From Pseudomonadota bacterium (GTDB taxonomy: Bacteria; Myxococcota; JACRCW01; JAFGSX01), in contig JBDRCO010000072.1 of the NCBI GenBank assembly GCA_043821645.1, positions 32,001 to 96,000 on the forward strand: 64,000 nt of DNA. The letters run 5' to 3'. The translations under genes were made by a program, and so were the position numbers. Of this stretch, positions 39,336 to 48,366 are shown piece by piece. The notes beneath the pieces were generated by a model, which searched no databases, was not told the origin of the DNA, and worked only from the letters and a program-made list of their open reading frames with translations. Every line of letters starts with the position of its first letter. Within the stretch, counting starts at the first letter, position 1.

Positions 39336-41987
39336 ATGACCGACAGCCCTTCACGTGCCGTGCAGCGTCTGGACTACACGCCGCCGAGTTTTCTCATCGA
39401 CACCGTGCAGCTCGGCTTCGAGCTCGACGAGCCCGTGACCACGGTGCACGCCACCCTGGCCCTGCGCCGCAATCCCCAGGCCTCGCGCGCCGAGGATCTG
39501 GTGTTGCACGGCCACAAGCTGGTGCTCGTGCGCCTGCTCCTCGACGGTGTCGAGCTGCCGGCGGAGCGCGTCACGATCGACGAGGAGTCCCTGTGCGTGC
39601 AGGGGGTGCCCGATAGCTTCGCACTCGAGATCACCACGCACATCCGCCCCGGCGAGAACAAGTCCCTCGAGGGGCTGTACACCTCGAGCGGCAACTTCTG
39701 CACCCAGTGCGAGCCCGAGGGCTTTCGCTCCATCACCTACTTCCTGGACCGGCCCGACGTCATGGCGCGCTACACCACCACCGTGGTGGCGGACCGCGAG
39801 CGCTACCCCGTGCTGCTGTCCAACGGCAACCCCACCGAGCGCGGCGAACTCGCCGATGGCCGGCACTGGAGGACCTGGCAGGATCCCTACCCCAAGCCGA
39901 GCTACCTGTTCGCCCTGGTGGCAGGAAAGCTCGAGCGCCGCGAGTCCGGCTTCACCACCCGCTCGGGCAAGGTCGTGCCCATCCACATCTACGTGCAACC
40001 TCAGAATGCCGACCAGTGCGACCACGCCCTCGAGGCCGTGCGCAAGTCCATGGCCTGGGACGAGCACGCCTTCGGCCGCGAATACGACCTCGACCTGTTC
40101 ATGATCGTGGCGGTCGACGACTTCAATATGGGCGCGATGGAGAACAAGGGGCTCAACATCTTCAACTCGAAGTACGTGCTCGCGCGCACCGACACCGCGA
40201 CCGACGACGACTTCGAGGGCGTGGTCGGCGTCATCGGCCACGAGTACTTTCACAACTGGTCCGGTGACCGCGTGACCTGCCGCGACTGGTTCCAGCTCAG
40301 CCTGAAAGAGGGTTTCACGGTCTTCCGCGACCAGCAGTTCACCCGCGCCATGACCTCACCCGTGGTCAAGCGCATCAAGGACGTCAACATCCTGCGCACG
40401 GTGCAGTTTCGTGAGGATCAGGGTCCCCTGGCTCACCCGGTGCGCCCCGACAGCTACGTCGAGATCAACAACTTCTACACGGTGACCATCTACAACAAGG
40501 GTGCCGAGGTGGTGCGCATGCTGCACTGTCTCCTTGGCGAGAAGGATTTCAGAAGAGCCACCGACCTGTACTTCGAGCGTCACGACGGGCAAGCGGCCAC
40601 GGTCGACGACCTTTTGCGCTGCATGGCCGAGATCAGCGGGCGCGACCTGTCGCAGTTCGAGCACTGGTACAGCCAGGCCGGCACGCCGACGATCGATGCC
40701 CGGGGTTCCTACGATGCGGGCCGCCAGGTTTACACCTTGACCCTGCAACAGAGCTGCACGCCCACCCCCGGCCAGCCGGACAAGCGACCTTTTCACATTC
40801 CCGTCGCGGTGGGCCTGCTGGACCCCGAGGGCCGCGAGCTGCCGCTGCGCCTGGCCGGAGAGGCAGCCAGCGCCGCCGCCACCACCCGGGTCCTCGAGCT
40901 GACCCAGGCCAGCCAGAGTTTCGAGTTCGTCGACCTTGCTGCGACCCCACTGCCCTCGCTGCTCAGAGACTTCAGCGCGCCGGTAAGGCTGCGCTTCGAG
41001 TACACCGATGCCCAGCTCGCCTTCCTGATGGCCCACGACAGCGACGACTTCAATCGCTGGGACGCGGGCCAGCTGCTGGCCGAGCGCGTGCTCACCCGCC
41101 TGGTCAGCGACGCCAAGCACGGGCGAGAACTGGTGCTGGACCCGGATTTCGCTCGCGCCTTTGCTGCAGTGCTCGAGAACACCAACCTGGATCGACGGCT
41201 GGTGGCCCAGGCCCTGGTGCTGCCCGGCGAGGGCTACCTGGCGGAACGCCTGGACGACGCGGATCCCGAAGCCATACACCTGGCCCGCGAGTTCGTGCGC
41301 GGCGAGCTGGCGCGCAGCTTGCGACCGACCTTCGAGGCCTGTCTGGCGCGCAACACCACACCTGGTCCTTATGCGGCCGACGGCGAGAGCATTGGCAAGC
41401 GCCGCCTGCGAAACCTCTGCCTGAGCTACCTGATGGTGCTCGACGACTCGGAGCTGAGACAGCGCTGCGTCACGCAGTTCGAGACCGCGGACAACATGAC
41501 CGATGTGCTCTCTGCCCTGGCCTGCCTGGCGGACGTGTCCTGTCCCGAGCGCACGCGCGCCCTGCACGCCTTCTACACGAAGTGGCAGCACGAACCCCTG
41601 GTCGTGGACAAGTGGCTGAGCATCCAGGCAACCTCGCACCTGCCTGGCACCCTCGACGCGGTGCAGGCTCTGATGCACCACAAGGCGTTCTCGCTGCAAA
41701 ACCCCAACAAGGTGCGCGCGCTCATTGGCGCTTTCACCCAGGCCAACCCGGCGCGCTTTCACGAGGTCACGGGGCGCGGCTACACCCTGCTCGGCGACCT
41801 GGTGCTGGAGCTGGACCGCTTCAATCCCCTGGTGGCGGCGCGCATGCTCGTCCCGCTCACCTCGTGGCGGCGCTACGAGCCCGGTCGCCGCACCCTGATG
41901 CGGGCCCAGCTCGAACGCGTGCTGGCCACCGAGGGCCTGTCCAAGCACAGCTACGAGATCGCAAGCAAGAGCCTGGCCGACGCCTGA
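39336..41987 (+). CDS. pepN: Aminopeptidase N (M1)
   Basis: TQCE.EGFR, GAMENKGLN, HEYFHNWSG..VTCRDWFQLSLKEG and NPNKVRAL. Confidence 0.97.
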   Translation: MTDSPSRAVQRLDYTPPSFLIDTVQLGFELDEPVTTVHATLALRRNPQASRAEDLVLHGHKLVLVRLLLDGVELPAERVTIDEESLCVQGVPDSFALEITTHIRPGENKSLEGLYTSSGNFCTQCEPEGFRSITYFLDRPDVMARYTTTVVADRERYPVLLSNGNPTERGELADGRHWRTWQDPYPKPSYLFALVAGKLERRESGFTTRSGKVVPIHIYVQPQNADQCDHALEAVRKSMAWDEHAFGREYDLDLFMIVAVDDFNMGAMENKGLNIFNSKYVLARTDTATDDDFEGVVGVIGHEYFHNWSGDRVTCRDWFQLSLKEGFTVFRDQQFTRAMTSPVVKRIKDVNILRTVQFREDQGPLAHPVRPDSYVEINNFYTVTIYNKGAEVVRMLHCLLGEKDFRRATDLYFERHDGQAATVDDLLRCMAEISGRDLSQFEHWYSQAGTPTIDARGSYDAGRQVYTLTLQQSCTPTPGQPDKRPFHIPVAVGLLDPEGRELPLRLAGEAASAAATTRVLELTQASQSFEFVDLAATPLPSLLRDFSAPVRLRFEYTDAQLAFLMAHDSDDFNRWDAGQLLAERVLTRLVSDAKHGRELVLDPDFARAFAAVLENTNLDRRLVAQALVLPGEGYLAERLDDADPEAIHLAREFVRGELARSLRPTFEACLARNTTPGPYAADGESIGKRRLRNLCLSYLMVLDDSELRQRCVTQFETADNMTDVLSALACLADVSCPERTRALHAFYTKWQHEPLVVDKWLSIQATSHLPGTLDAVQALMHHKAFSLQNPNKVRALIGAFTQANPARFHEVTGRGYTLLGDLVLELDRFNPLVAARMLVPLTSWRRYEPGRRTLMRAQLERVLATEGLSKHSYEIASKSLADA

Positions 41988-42071
41988 TCCCGACGCTGCG
42001 CCAGGCATCGGTCAAATGACCTAGGACGACCAGCCGAAGACGGTTCTCGCCAAAATCCCTACCTTGTAAGC

Positions 42072-43649
42072 ATGGGTGCGACTGCACACTCGGCGGTTCT
42101 GGTCCTGGGGGCTGGATTGTGGCTTCTGAGCCTGGCCTGCGAGCGCACTGCCATCGAATGCGAGCTTGGCTGTGGCCCTGTGCGCGGCCCGCTGGGTCAG
42201 GGTGGCGAGCCTGCGGATGCCGGAGGAGCCGATCGCGAGGATCTGCAGGTCCATTCCGACGACGCGGGAGCACCCATTCTCACCAGCGATGCAGCCTCAG
42301 CCTCGGACAGCGCGCTGGGCGTGGACAGCAGCCTGTGCGGCAATGGCCAGCGCGATCCCGGTGAGACCTGCGATCCTCAAGGCACGTGCCCCGTGCTGTG
42401 CGACGACCAGAACGCCTGCACCGTCGACACCCTGAGCGGTCGTGCGGACAGCTGCACGTCGCTGTGCACCCATGTGGCCACCACCCAGTGCACGGGAGGC
42501 GACGGCTGCTGTCCCCCGGGCTGCGATCAGAGCACGGACAGCGACTGCCCCGCCTGCGGCGCCCTGGACCTGCGCCTTGGCCACAGCGACGTAGCTGTGA
42601 ACTCGAGCGTGGTGCTGCACGGCGGAGGATACTGGTCCGGCAACAGACCTTTGATCTTGGCACCCCGCAGTGACGGCAGCGCCCTGGTGGGCTGGTATGG
42701 CGGCGATGGCCAGGTGCACGTGACACCCTTGACCACCCTGGATACCCGCGCCGGACCGGACCAGCTCCTGGCCGGTGACTCGCTGCGAGGCCTGGTGGCC
42801 CACGATGACGGCTTCGCCGCCCTGGTGGTGCGCGGTCAGGTCATGTGGCTGGTGCGACATGGGCTCGACGGTCAGCTTCGCTGGGAGCTGGCGTTGACCT
42901 CGAGCGTGGATCAGCTCACCGAGGGCGACACCTGGGTCGACGACTGGGGCCACGAAGGGCGCCTGCTGTGGGACGGCGCGCAGTACGTGGCCTATCACGG
43001 CGAGACCCGCTTCTGGGGTGCCCAGGGCAAGCACCAGGGGGATCAGCTGGTGATGGTCGACGCCGCGGGGCAGCGCGCCGGGGGTGGCTGGTGGTGGGGT
43101 TGCAGCCACAGCCTCGACGTGCGCCTGGCGCACAACGGCACGCGTCTGGGACCACTGTGCCTGTCGGACTGCTATCCCGGCCAGGGGGTGTACTTCGACC
43201 ACCAGACCCTGGTGTCGACGGAAAACGGCAATTGCTCGGGAAGTTCGGACGCAGCCCTGGGCGGCCTGGTCGGGGTCGCCGACGGCTTCTTCGTCAGCTA
43301 TGCCGGCCGCGAGGGACGCGACAGCCTCGACGTGGCCCTGCGCTTCGTGCCCAACGGCGGCGCGCCGGGCGAGGAGCTGTGGCTCACCGAGACGCCCGGC
43401 ATCGACGAGGGAAACATCCACCTCGGCCGCTACGGCGAGCACCTGCTGCTGCTTTTCGAGGCCCAGGCCGGACTGCAGGCCCGGGTGCTCCGGCACGACG
43501 GCAGCACCGTCGAGGGCGACGTCAGCCTGGATACCGGCATCGCGGCCTTCAACGATCTGGTGAGCCTGTCTGACGGCGACCTGGGCTGGGTGCACCCGGG
43601 CCCGGATGGTCATAGCCTGCGCGTGAATCGCCTGGCCTACTGCCCCTGA
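42072..43649 (+). CDS. Cys-rich lipoprotein with a beta-rich C-terminal domain
   Basis: Lipobox LSLAC and DAG linker. CGNG..DPGETCD (myxococcal Cys-rich motif), DGCCP and WGCSHS. Confidence 0.8.
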   Translation: MGATAHSAVLVLGAGLWLLSLACERTAIECELGCGPVRGPLGQGGEPADAGGADREDLQVHSDDAGAPILTSDAASASDSALGVDSSLCGNGQRDPGETCDPQGTCPVLCDDQNACTVDTLSGRADSCTSLCTHVATTQCTGGDGCCPPGCDQSTDSDCPACGALDLRLGHSDVAVNSSVVLHGGGYWSGNRPLILAPRSDGSALVGWYGGDGQVHVTPLTTLDTRAGPDQLLAGDSLRGLVAHDDGFAALVVRGQVMWLVRHGLDGQLRWELALTSSVDQLTEGDTWVDDWGHEGRLLWDGAQYVAYHGETRFWGAQGKHQGDQLVMVDAAGQRAGGGWWWGCSHSLDVRLAHNGTRLGPLCLSDCYPGQGVYFDHQTLVSTENGNCSGSSDAALGGLVGVADGFFVSYAGREGRDSLDVALRFVPNGGAPGEELWLTETPGIDEGNIHLGRYGEHLLLLFEAQAGLQARVLRHDGSTVEGDVSLDTGIAAFNDLVSLSDGDLGWVHPGPDGHSLRVNRLAYCP

Positions 43650-43734
43650 CCGCACGCAGCACATCGAGTGGATTCAAACCATTCGAGGGGCACCGTTTTC
43701 ACCGGAGACGAGAGGCCGGCGGGTCCGCTGGAGG

Positions 43735-44304
43735 TCAGCCCTTGGCCCGTCCTAGGCAGCGCCCGTCGCGGGTATCCACGCGCACCTTCTCGCCGCTGGT
43801 CATGTACTCGGGCACCTGGATCACGATCCCGGTCTCGAGAGTGGCGGGCTTGCTCTGGGAGGTGGCGGTGGCGTTCTTGATCACAGGACCGGTGTCCGCG
43901 ATCGTGAGCTCGACCACCTGGGGCAGCTCGATGGTGAGCACCTGCTCGTTGTAGGTCAGGGCGCGCAGCTGCATGCCGTCGAGCAAATAGCCCACGACGT
44001 CTCCCAGGGTCTCGGCGTCGAGGCTGTACTGATCAAAGGTCTCGCTATCCATGAAGGCGTAGCCATCGCCATCCCGGTACAGGTACTGCACCTCGCGCCT
44101 GTCCACGTCGGCCAGTGCCAGCATGTCCGCGCCACGAAAGCTCTTGGTCAGCACCTGGCTGGTCTTGAGATTGCGCAGCTTGGCCTTGATCAGGGTACTG
44201 GCTCCTCGGGCCGACGGCGTCTGGGTCGTGACTTCGAGCACCAGCCAGGGGGCCTCGTCGAGCTCGAGCACAGCGCTCCGCTTGAGTTCAGTGGCCTGGA
44301 TCAC
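43735..44304 (-). CDS. efpL: Elongation factor P-like protein (EfpL/YeiP type)
   Basis: EF-P fold (QYLY.DG, FMD.ETFDQ, KPATLETG..IQVPEY, VDTR). The loop is PSARGAST, the YeiP/EfpL type, rather than PGKG. GGAGGTG SD. Confidence 0.85.
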   Translation of the reverse strand: MIQATELKRSAVLELDEAPWLVLEVTTQTPSARGASTLIKAKLRNLKTSQVLTKSFRGADMLALADVDRREVQYLYRDGDGYAFMDSETFDQYSLDAETLGDVVGYLLDGMQLRALTYNEQVLTIELPQVVELTIADTGPVIKNATATSQSKPATLETGIVIQVPEYMTSGEKVRVDTRDGRCLGRAKG

Positions 44305-44323
44305 GGATTCACCTCCCGCGCGC

Positions 44324-44881
44324 TCAGGCTCCGGCCCAGGGCCGGGTCAGGTCGTTCTTGACGCCGAGCAGGTCCAGCACGCGCCCGATGGTGTTGTCGA
44401 CGAGGTCGTCGATGCTTTTGGGCCGGCTGTAGAAGGCAGGCACCGGCGGCATGACGATGCCGCCCATCTCGGTGAGCGAGGTCATCAGGCGCAGGTGCCC
44501 GAGGTGCAGCGGCGTCTCGCGCACCAGGGCGATCAGGTGCCGGCGCTCCTTGAGCGTGATGTCCGCGGCGCGCACGACCAGGTCCTCGGCGTTGCTCGTC
44601 GTCACCGCGGACAGGGTCCGGATCGAGCACGGGGCGATGACCATGGCATCCCAGGCCGTCTGGCCGCTGGCGATGGCCGCACCCACATCCTCGACGTCAT
44701 GCCAGCGGGTGGCTAGCTCGCGCACCCCGTCCAGGCTGTAGTCCGTCTCGATGTGCATCACCCGCGTGGCCGCCTCGGTGACGATGAGATCGGTCTCGAC
44801 ATGGGCCGCCTTGAGCGCGGAGAGTAAACGCACACCGTAGATGGTGCCGGTGGCACCGGTGATGGCAACAACGATCCTCAT
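44324..44881 (-). CDS. ubiX: Flavin prenyltransferase UbiX
   Basis: IVVAITGATG, IASG, APCS, RAAD..LKERR, RETP and PPVPAFY. ATGA overlap with the upstream kinase. Confidence 0.95.
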   Translation of the reverse strand: MRIVVAITGATGTIYGVRLLSALKAAHVETDLIVTEAATRVMHIETDYSLDGVRELATRWHDVEDVGAAIASGQTAWDAMVIAPCSIRTLSAVTTSNAEDLVVRAADITLKERRHLIALVRETPLHLGHLRLMTSLTEMGGIVMPPVPAFYSRPKSIDDLVDNTIGRVLDLLGVKNDLTRPWAGA

Positions 44882-45687
44882 GCTCTCTTCTCCCAGCTGA
44901 CCAAGGTTCCGACGTCTCCACCGGCCAGCGCTTCGGCCACACGACCATCCACGTTGGCGTCGACGATGCGCGCACGCACACCCTTTCGCGTGGCCTGCAG
45001 CAACGCTGCAATCTTGCCCGCCATGCCGCCGGTGACGTCGACGTGGGTGGATCCGCCCAGGCGTGCGGCGACATGCTCCCAGTTGCCACGGTGAATGTGC
45101 GGAATGGGCCGGGTCGAACCATTCTTGGGTACACCCTCGTACACGCCGTCGACGTCGGTGGCATAGACCAGGGTGTCGATCCCCAGACCGGTGGCGGCAT
45201 AGGGTGCGATCTGGTCGCCGGACAGGATGGCGCACCCCTGCTCGGTGTCGATGGCGGGCACGCCGTAGAACATCGGCACACCACCCTGCTCGAGGATGTG
45301 CCGCGCCACCTCCAGGTCCATTTTCTCGAGCACACCGGCGCGCAGCCTTGCTGACGCCGAGGCCTGCAGTGGGATCGCGGGCACGCCCACGCCGATGAAG
45401 ATCGCGGCGACCTCAGCCGCCAGCAGGTACTGCAGGCGCTGGGTCTCGGCCCATGCCACCAGGGCTGAAGGCACCTGGGTACCGCGGTCTATGCCGGTGC
45501 GCTGCACGATGCGGTGCCCGTAGGATCCGGCGCCGTGCACCAGCACCAGCCTGTCCAGGCTCGCGCCCGCGATCTCCTCGGCCAGTCGCCGGACCACCTC
45601 GGTGCGCACACGCAGCTCGTCGCTGCCCTTGTCCGTGACCACCGAACCGCCGAGCTTGACCACTGCGTCGATGACTGTCCGTGCCAT
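44878..45687 (-). CDS. ipk: Isopentenyl phosphate kinase (amino-acid-kinase fold)
   Basis: KLGGSVVTDK, VHGAGSYGH (IPK-type His), ILSGDQI, TDVDGVY and DVTGGMAGK. Start at ATG 45687. Confidence 0.85.
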   Translation of the reverse strand: MARTVIDAVVKLGGSVVTDKGSDELRVRTEVVRRLAEEIAGASLDRLVLVHGAGSYGHRIVQRTGIDRGTQVPSALVAWAETQRLQYLLAAEVAAIFIGVGVPAIPLQASASARLRAGVLEKMDLEVARHILEQGGVPMFYGVPAIDTEQGCAILSGDQIAPYAATGLGIDTLVYATDVDGVYEGVPKNGSTRPIPHIHRGNWEHVAARLGGSTHVDVTGGMAGKIAALLQATRKGVRARIVDANVDGRVAEALAGGDVGTLVSWEKRA

Positions 45688-45769
45688 GGCTGCACCTTGC
45701 CGCCCGTCGCGGGTGGGCGTCAAGCGTGGGCGACGAGGACCATCCGCACTGGCGTCCACGCGATGCGGC

Positions 45770-46798
45770 TCACCAGTCGCCATCGCGCACACGCAGGATC
45801 TTGATCATCTGCACGTACAGCTTCCGCACCGCCGGCACCACCACCGGGTCGTCGTCCTGCAGAGCCTGGCCGAACTTCTGATGATCCAGACACTTGATCG
45901 AATGAACCGTGGCCAGGGTGGGACTCGCCTTCAGGGTGGGCGCACCCTCATCGTACAGATCGAACCACGGCAGCCCGTAGGTGCTGTAGCTGCGCGCGGT
46001 CACCGGCGTCGCGGGCGGCTCCTCGCCGGTGATCTCGCGCCAGCGCTCACTGTTGACGATGTGCACGAAGATACGCGCGCTGTTGTGGGGATCCCAGGTC
46101 TCCACGCCGTGGGGGTCGGGGTAGATCTTCTGGGTCATGCGGCCGCCGGCGGCCAGGCCCATGCCGGCCCCGGCGCTGCGGGCCCGACTGGGAGCCGGGG
46201 CACCACAGGGGGTGGCCTCCTCGCAGTCGCAGGCCATGTCCACCATACCCTCGTAGGGCGCGTGGTCCGGGAAACGACCGGGCCGCGGCTCGTAGACCTG
46301 CAGCTGCATGCCCCCAAAAAGCTCCTGGCCGGTGACCTGACCCTCGACGCTGTAGCCCATGCCCAGGGGCATGGCCACGAACTGCCGGATCACGCCGGGC
46401 GCCACGCAGATGCCGTCGAGCCAGGGCTGCGGCGGCGTCACCAGGTAGTCCTGTGGCGATGTGTGCAGGCTGTCGGACCAGGGCTGACCGGTCAGCGCGC
46501 AGACCTTGCCGATGCCAACCTTCACTGCCCGCGGCTTCCAGTGCGGCGTGCTCAGGCAGATCCACAGGGCCTCGCGCTGGAACATGGGCAAGAACACGCC
46601 GCCGCGGTCGCGCCATTCGGCCGGGACCCTGTCGGCATAGTCCTGCACCCGGCGCAGCGGAAAGGCACCCAGCCCCGGGGGCAGCGGGTAGCGCTTGTCG
46701 TCGTCGGGGATGCGCAGGGTGCGCTGAAAGGTGACGCGGGTGCCGTCGTTGAAGACCAGGCTGTCGTTGTCGATGCGGACCTTGTCGTGGGTGCTCAT
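45770..46798 (-). CDS. Conserved hypothetical soluble protein
   Basis: AGGAGG SD. Motifs FQRTLRIPDD..YPLPPGLG.FPL, GGVFLPM.QREALW, QPWLDG, RQFVAMPLG.GYSVE.Q.TG and MGLAAGG...QKIYPD, recalled as a conserved family of unknown function. Confidence 0.85.
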   Translation of the reverse strand: MSTHDKVRIDNDSLVFNDGTRVTFQRTLRIPDDDKRYPLPPGLGAFPLRRVQDYADRVPAEWRDRGGVFLPMFQREALWICLSTPHWKPRAVKVGIGKVCALTGQPWSDSLHTSPQDYLVTPPQPWLDGICVAPGVIRQFVAMPLGMGYSVEGQVTGQELFGGMQLQVYEPRPGRFPDHAPYEGMVDMACDCEEATPCGAPAPSRARSAGAGMGLAAGGRMTQKIYPDPHGVETWDPHNSARIFVHIVNSERWREITGEEPPATPVTARSYSTYGLPWFDLYDEGAPTLKASPTLATVHSIKCLDHQKFGQALQDDDPVVVPAVRKLYVQMIKILRVRDGDW

Positions 46799-46853
46799 CT
46801 CGTCCTCCTTGTCGGGGTAGACGGGAGCGACCCCCAGGCGTCACGGGCAGCGC

Positions 46854-48014
46854 GTGAGGTCGATGCAACGGCGCGCAAGATCAGGACTATTCGAAAATCG
46901 TCGGCAGCCCGGTGACAGATCCCCGGAGGCGACGTCTAATACCCGGGTGGATTCCAGGTCCGCCACCGAACAGGAGTTCAGGGACTGCCTGGCGCGAGGT
47001 CAGCGCCGGCAAGCCGCCGAGTGGCTGGTGCGCCAGCACGCGGACACCGTGCTCGGGCTGTGCGTGGCCATGGTGCGCGATCGCACCCTGGCCGAGGACC
47101 TGGCACAGGATGCCTACGGCAAGGCATTCAAGAGCCTGGCCGGCTTTCGCGGCGAGGCCTCGGCGCGCACCTGGCTGCTGACCATCGCCCGCAATCGTTG
47201 CCTCGACCACCTGCGCCAGCGCGCACGCGATCCCTGGGGAGGCGTGGCGCCCGAGGTGGACGGCGACCCGGACCAGCACCCGGATCAAGCACCTTTGCCC
47301 TCGGACCTCTTGATGCGACGCGACGACGTGGAGGATGCACTGGCCGAGCTGTGCGAGGGCGATCGCGCCCTGGTGGTGCTGCGCTTTCGCAATGGCCTCG
47401 ACTACGACGAGCTGGCCATGGCCTTCGGACTGCGCGAGGGCACGGTGCGCATGCGGGTGAGCCGGGCCCTGGCGCGCATGCGGCTGGCCCTCGAGCGCAA
47501 GCATGCGGAGCCCGTGGCGGAGCGCGCGGTGCAGGCCGCGCCGAGCCGTGCCCGCATGGCCGCGGTGCCTGCACCACACCAGATGCCCGATGCCCCGCCA
47601 GCCCCCGTGCCCGAGGACAGGCCCCAGGATGGTGTGTCACCCGCGCGCGCCGGGGAGCTGGACTTCTCCGATGAGGACCTGGGTGCACCGGAGGCACAGG
47701 CTGAGGCGGCGTTCGACGACCGTGACGCCGACGGCGCGGCGGCCGACGAGGCGGCGGGGCTGCCTGCGGAGCTCGAGGAACTCGAGGCCTACGACGACGA
47801 GGTCAAGACCGATCGCGAGCTGGCTGTGCCTGCCCCCGCGGCCGCGCCCGCACCGGCGCGTCGGGGCCCCGCCGAGACCCTGGGCGGCACCGCGCTGCCG
47901 CGGCCGTCCTTCCCGGTCGAGCACCCGCTCACCGCCTACTTCGCAGCCACTCGGGGCGCGCCCAGCCAGGGACTGGTGATGCGGCTGCTGGGGGGAGCGC
48001 GCTCGCTGCTGTAG
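46854..48014 (+). CDS. ECF sigma-70 factor with a long acidic/Pro-Ala C-terminal extension
   Basis: Region 2 AEDLAQD...F.G...TWL..IARN.CLD. Region 4 DYDELA..FG..EGTV..R.SRA. Start uncertain (GTG 46947 is plausible). Confidence 0.85.
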   Translation: MRSMQRRARSGLFENRRQPGDRSPEATSNTRVDSRSATEQEFRDCLARGQRRQAAEWLVRQHADTVLGLCVAMVRDRTLAEDLAQDAYGKAFKSLAGFRGEASARTWLLTIARNRCLDHLRQRARDPWGGVAPEVDGDPDQHPDQAPLPSDLLMRRDDVEDALAELCEGDRALVVLRFRNGLDYDELAMAFGLREGTVRMRVSRALARMRLALERKHAEPVAERAVQAAPSRARMAAVPAPHQMPDAPPAPVPEDRPQDGVSPARAGELDFSDEDLGAPEAQAEAAFDDRDADGAAADEAAGLPAELEELEAYDDEVKTDRELAVPAPAAAPAPARRGPAETLGGTALPRPSFPVEHPLTAYFAATRGAPSQGLVMRLLGGARSLL

Positions 48015-48366
48015 GCAGCGCCCCGGGGCACCCTCGTTCGCGCTCGCCCGCAGAACACCACGCGGCCCCGAGGTGCACGCGCACGTCGCGGGCGTTCTCA
48101 CACGGACCCGTCAGGTGGTGAGGTCTCACCCATGGTGCTGGCGCCGGGGCGTTCAGGTGCTACCTAGTTCCCACGCGCTTGCTCGGAGCAACCGGCCGTG
48201 ACCCTGCTGCCCCGCTGGTCGCCTCTACCGCTCGAATCATGTAGAGAGCGGAGTGGCGAGGGGGGTACCGTCCGCCAGGGGCGTGCCACTCGCTGTGCTT
48301 CGACAACTCCGGCGCCGCTGGAACTTCGGTGACGGCGACCGCGGCAGCTGCGGATGGAGGACTCCC

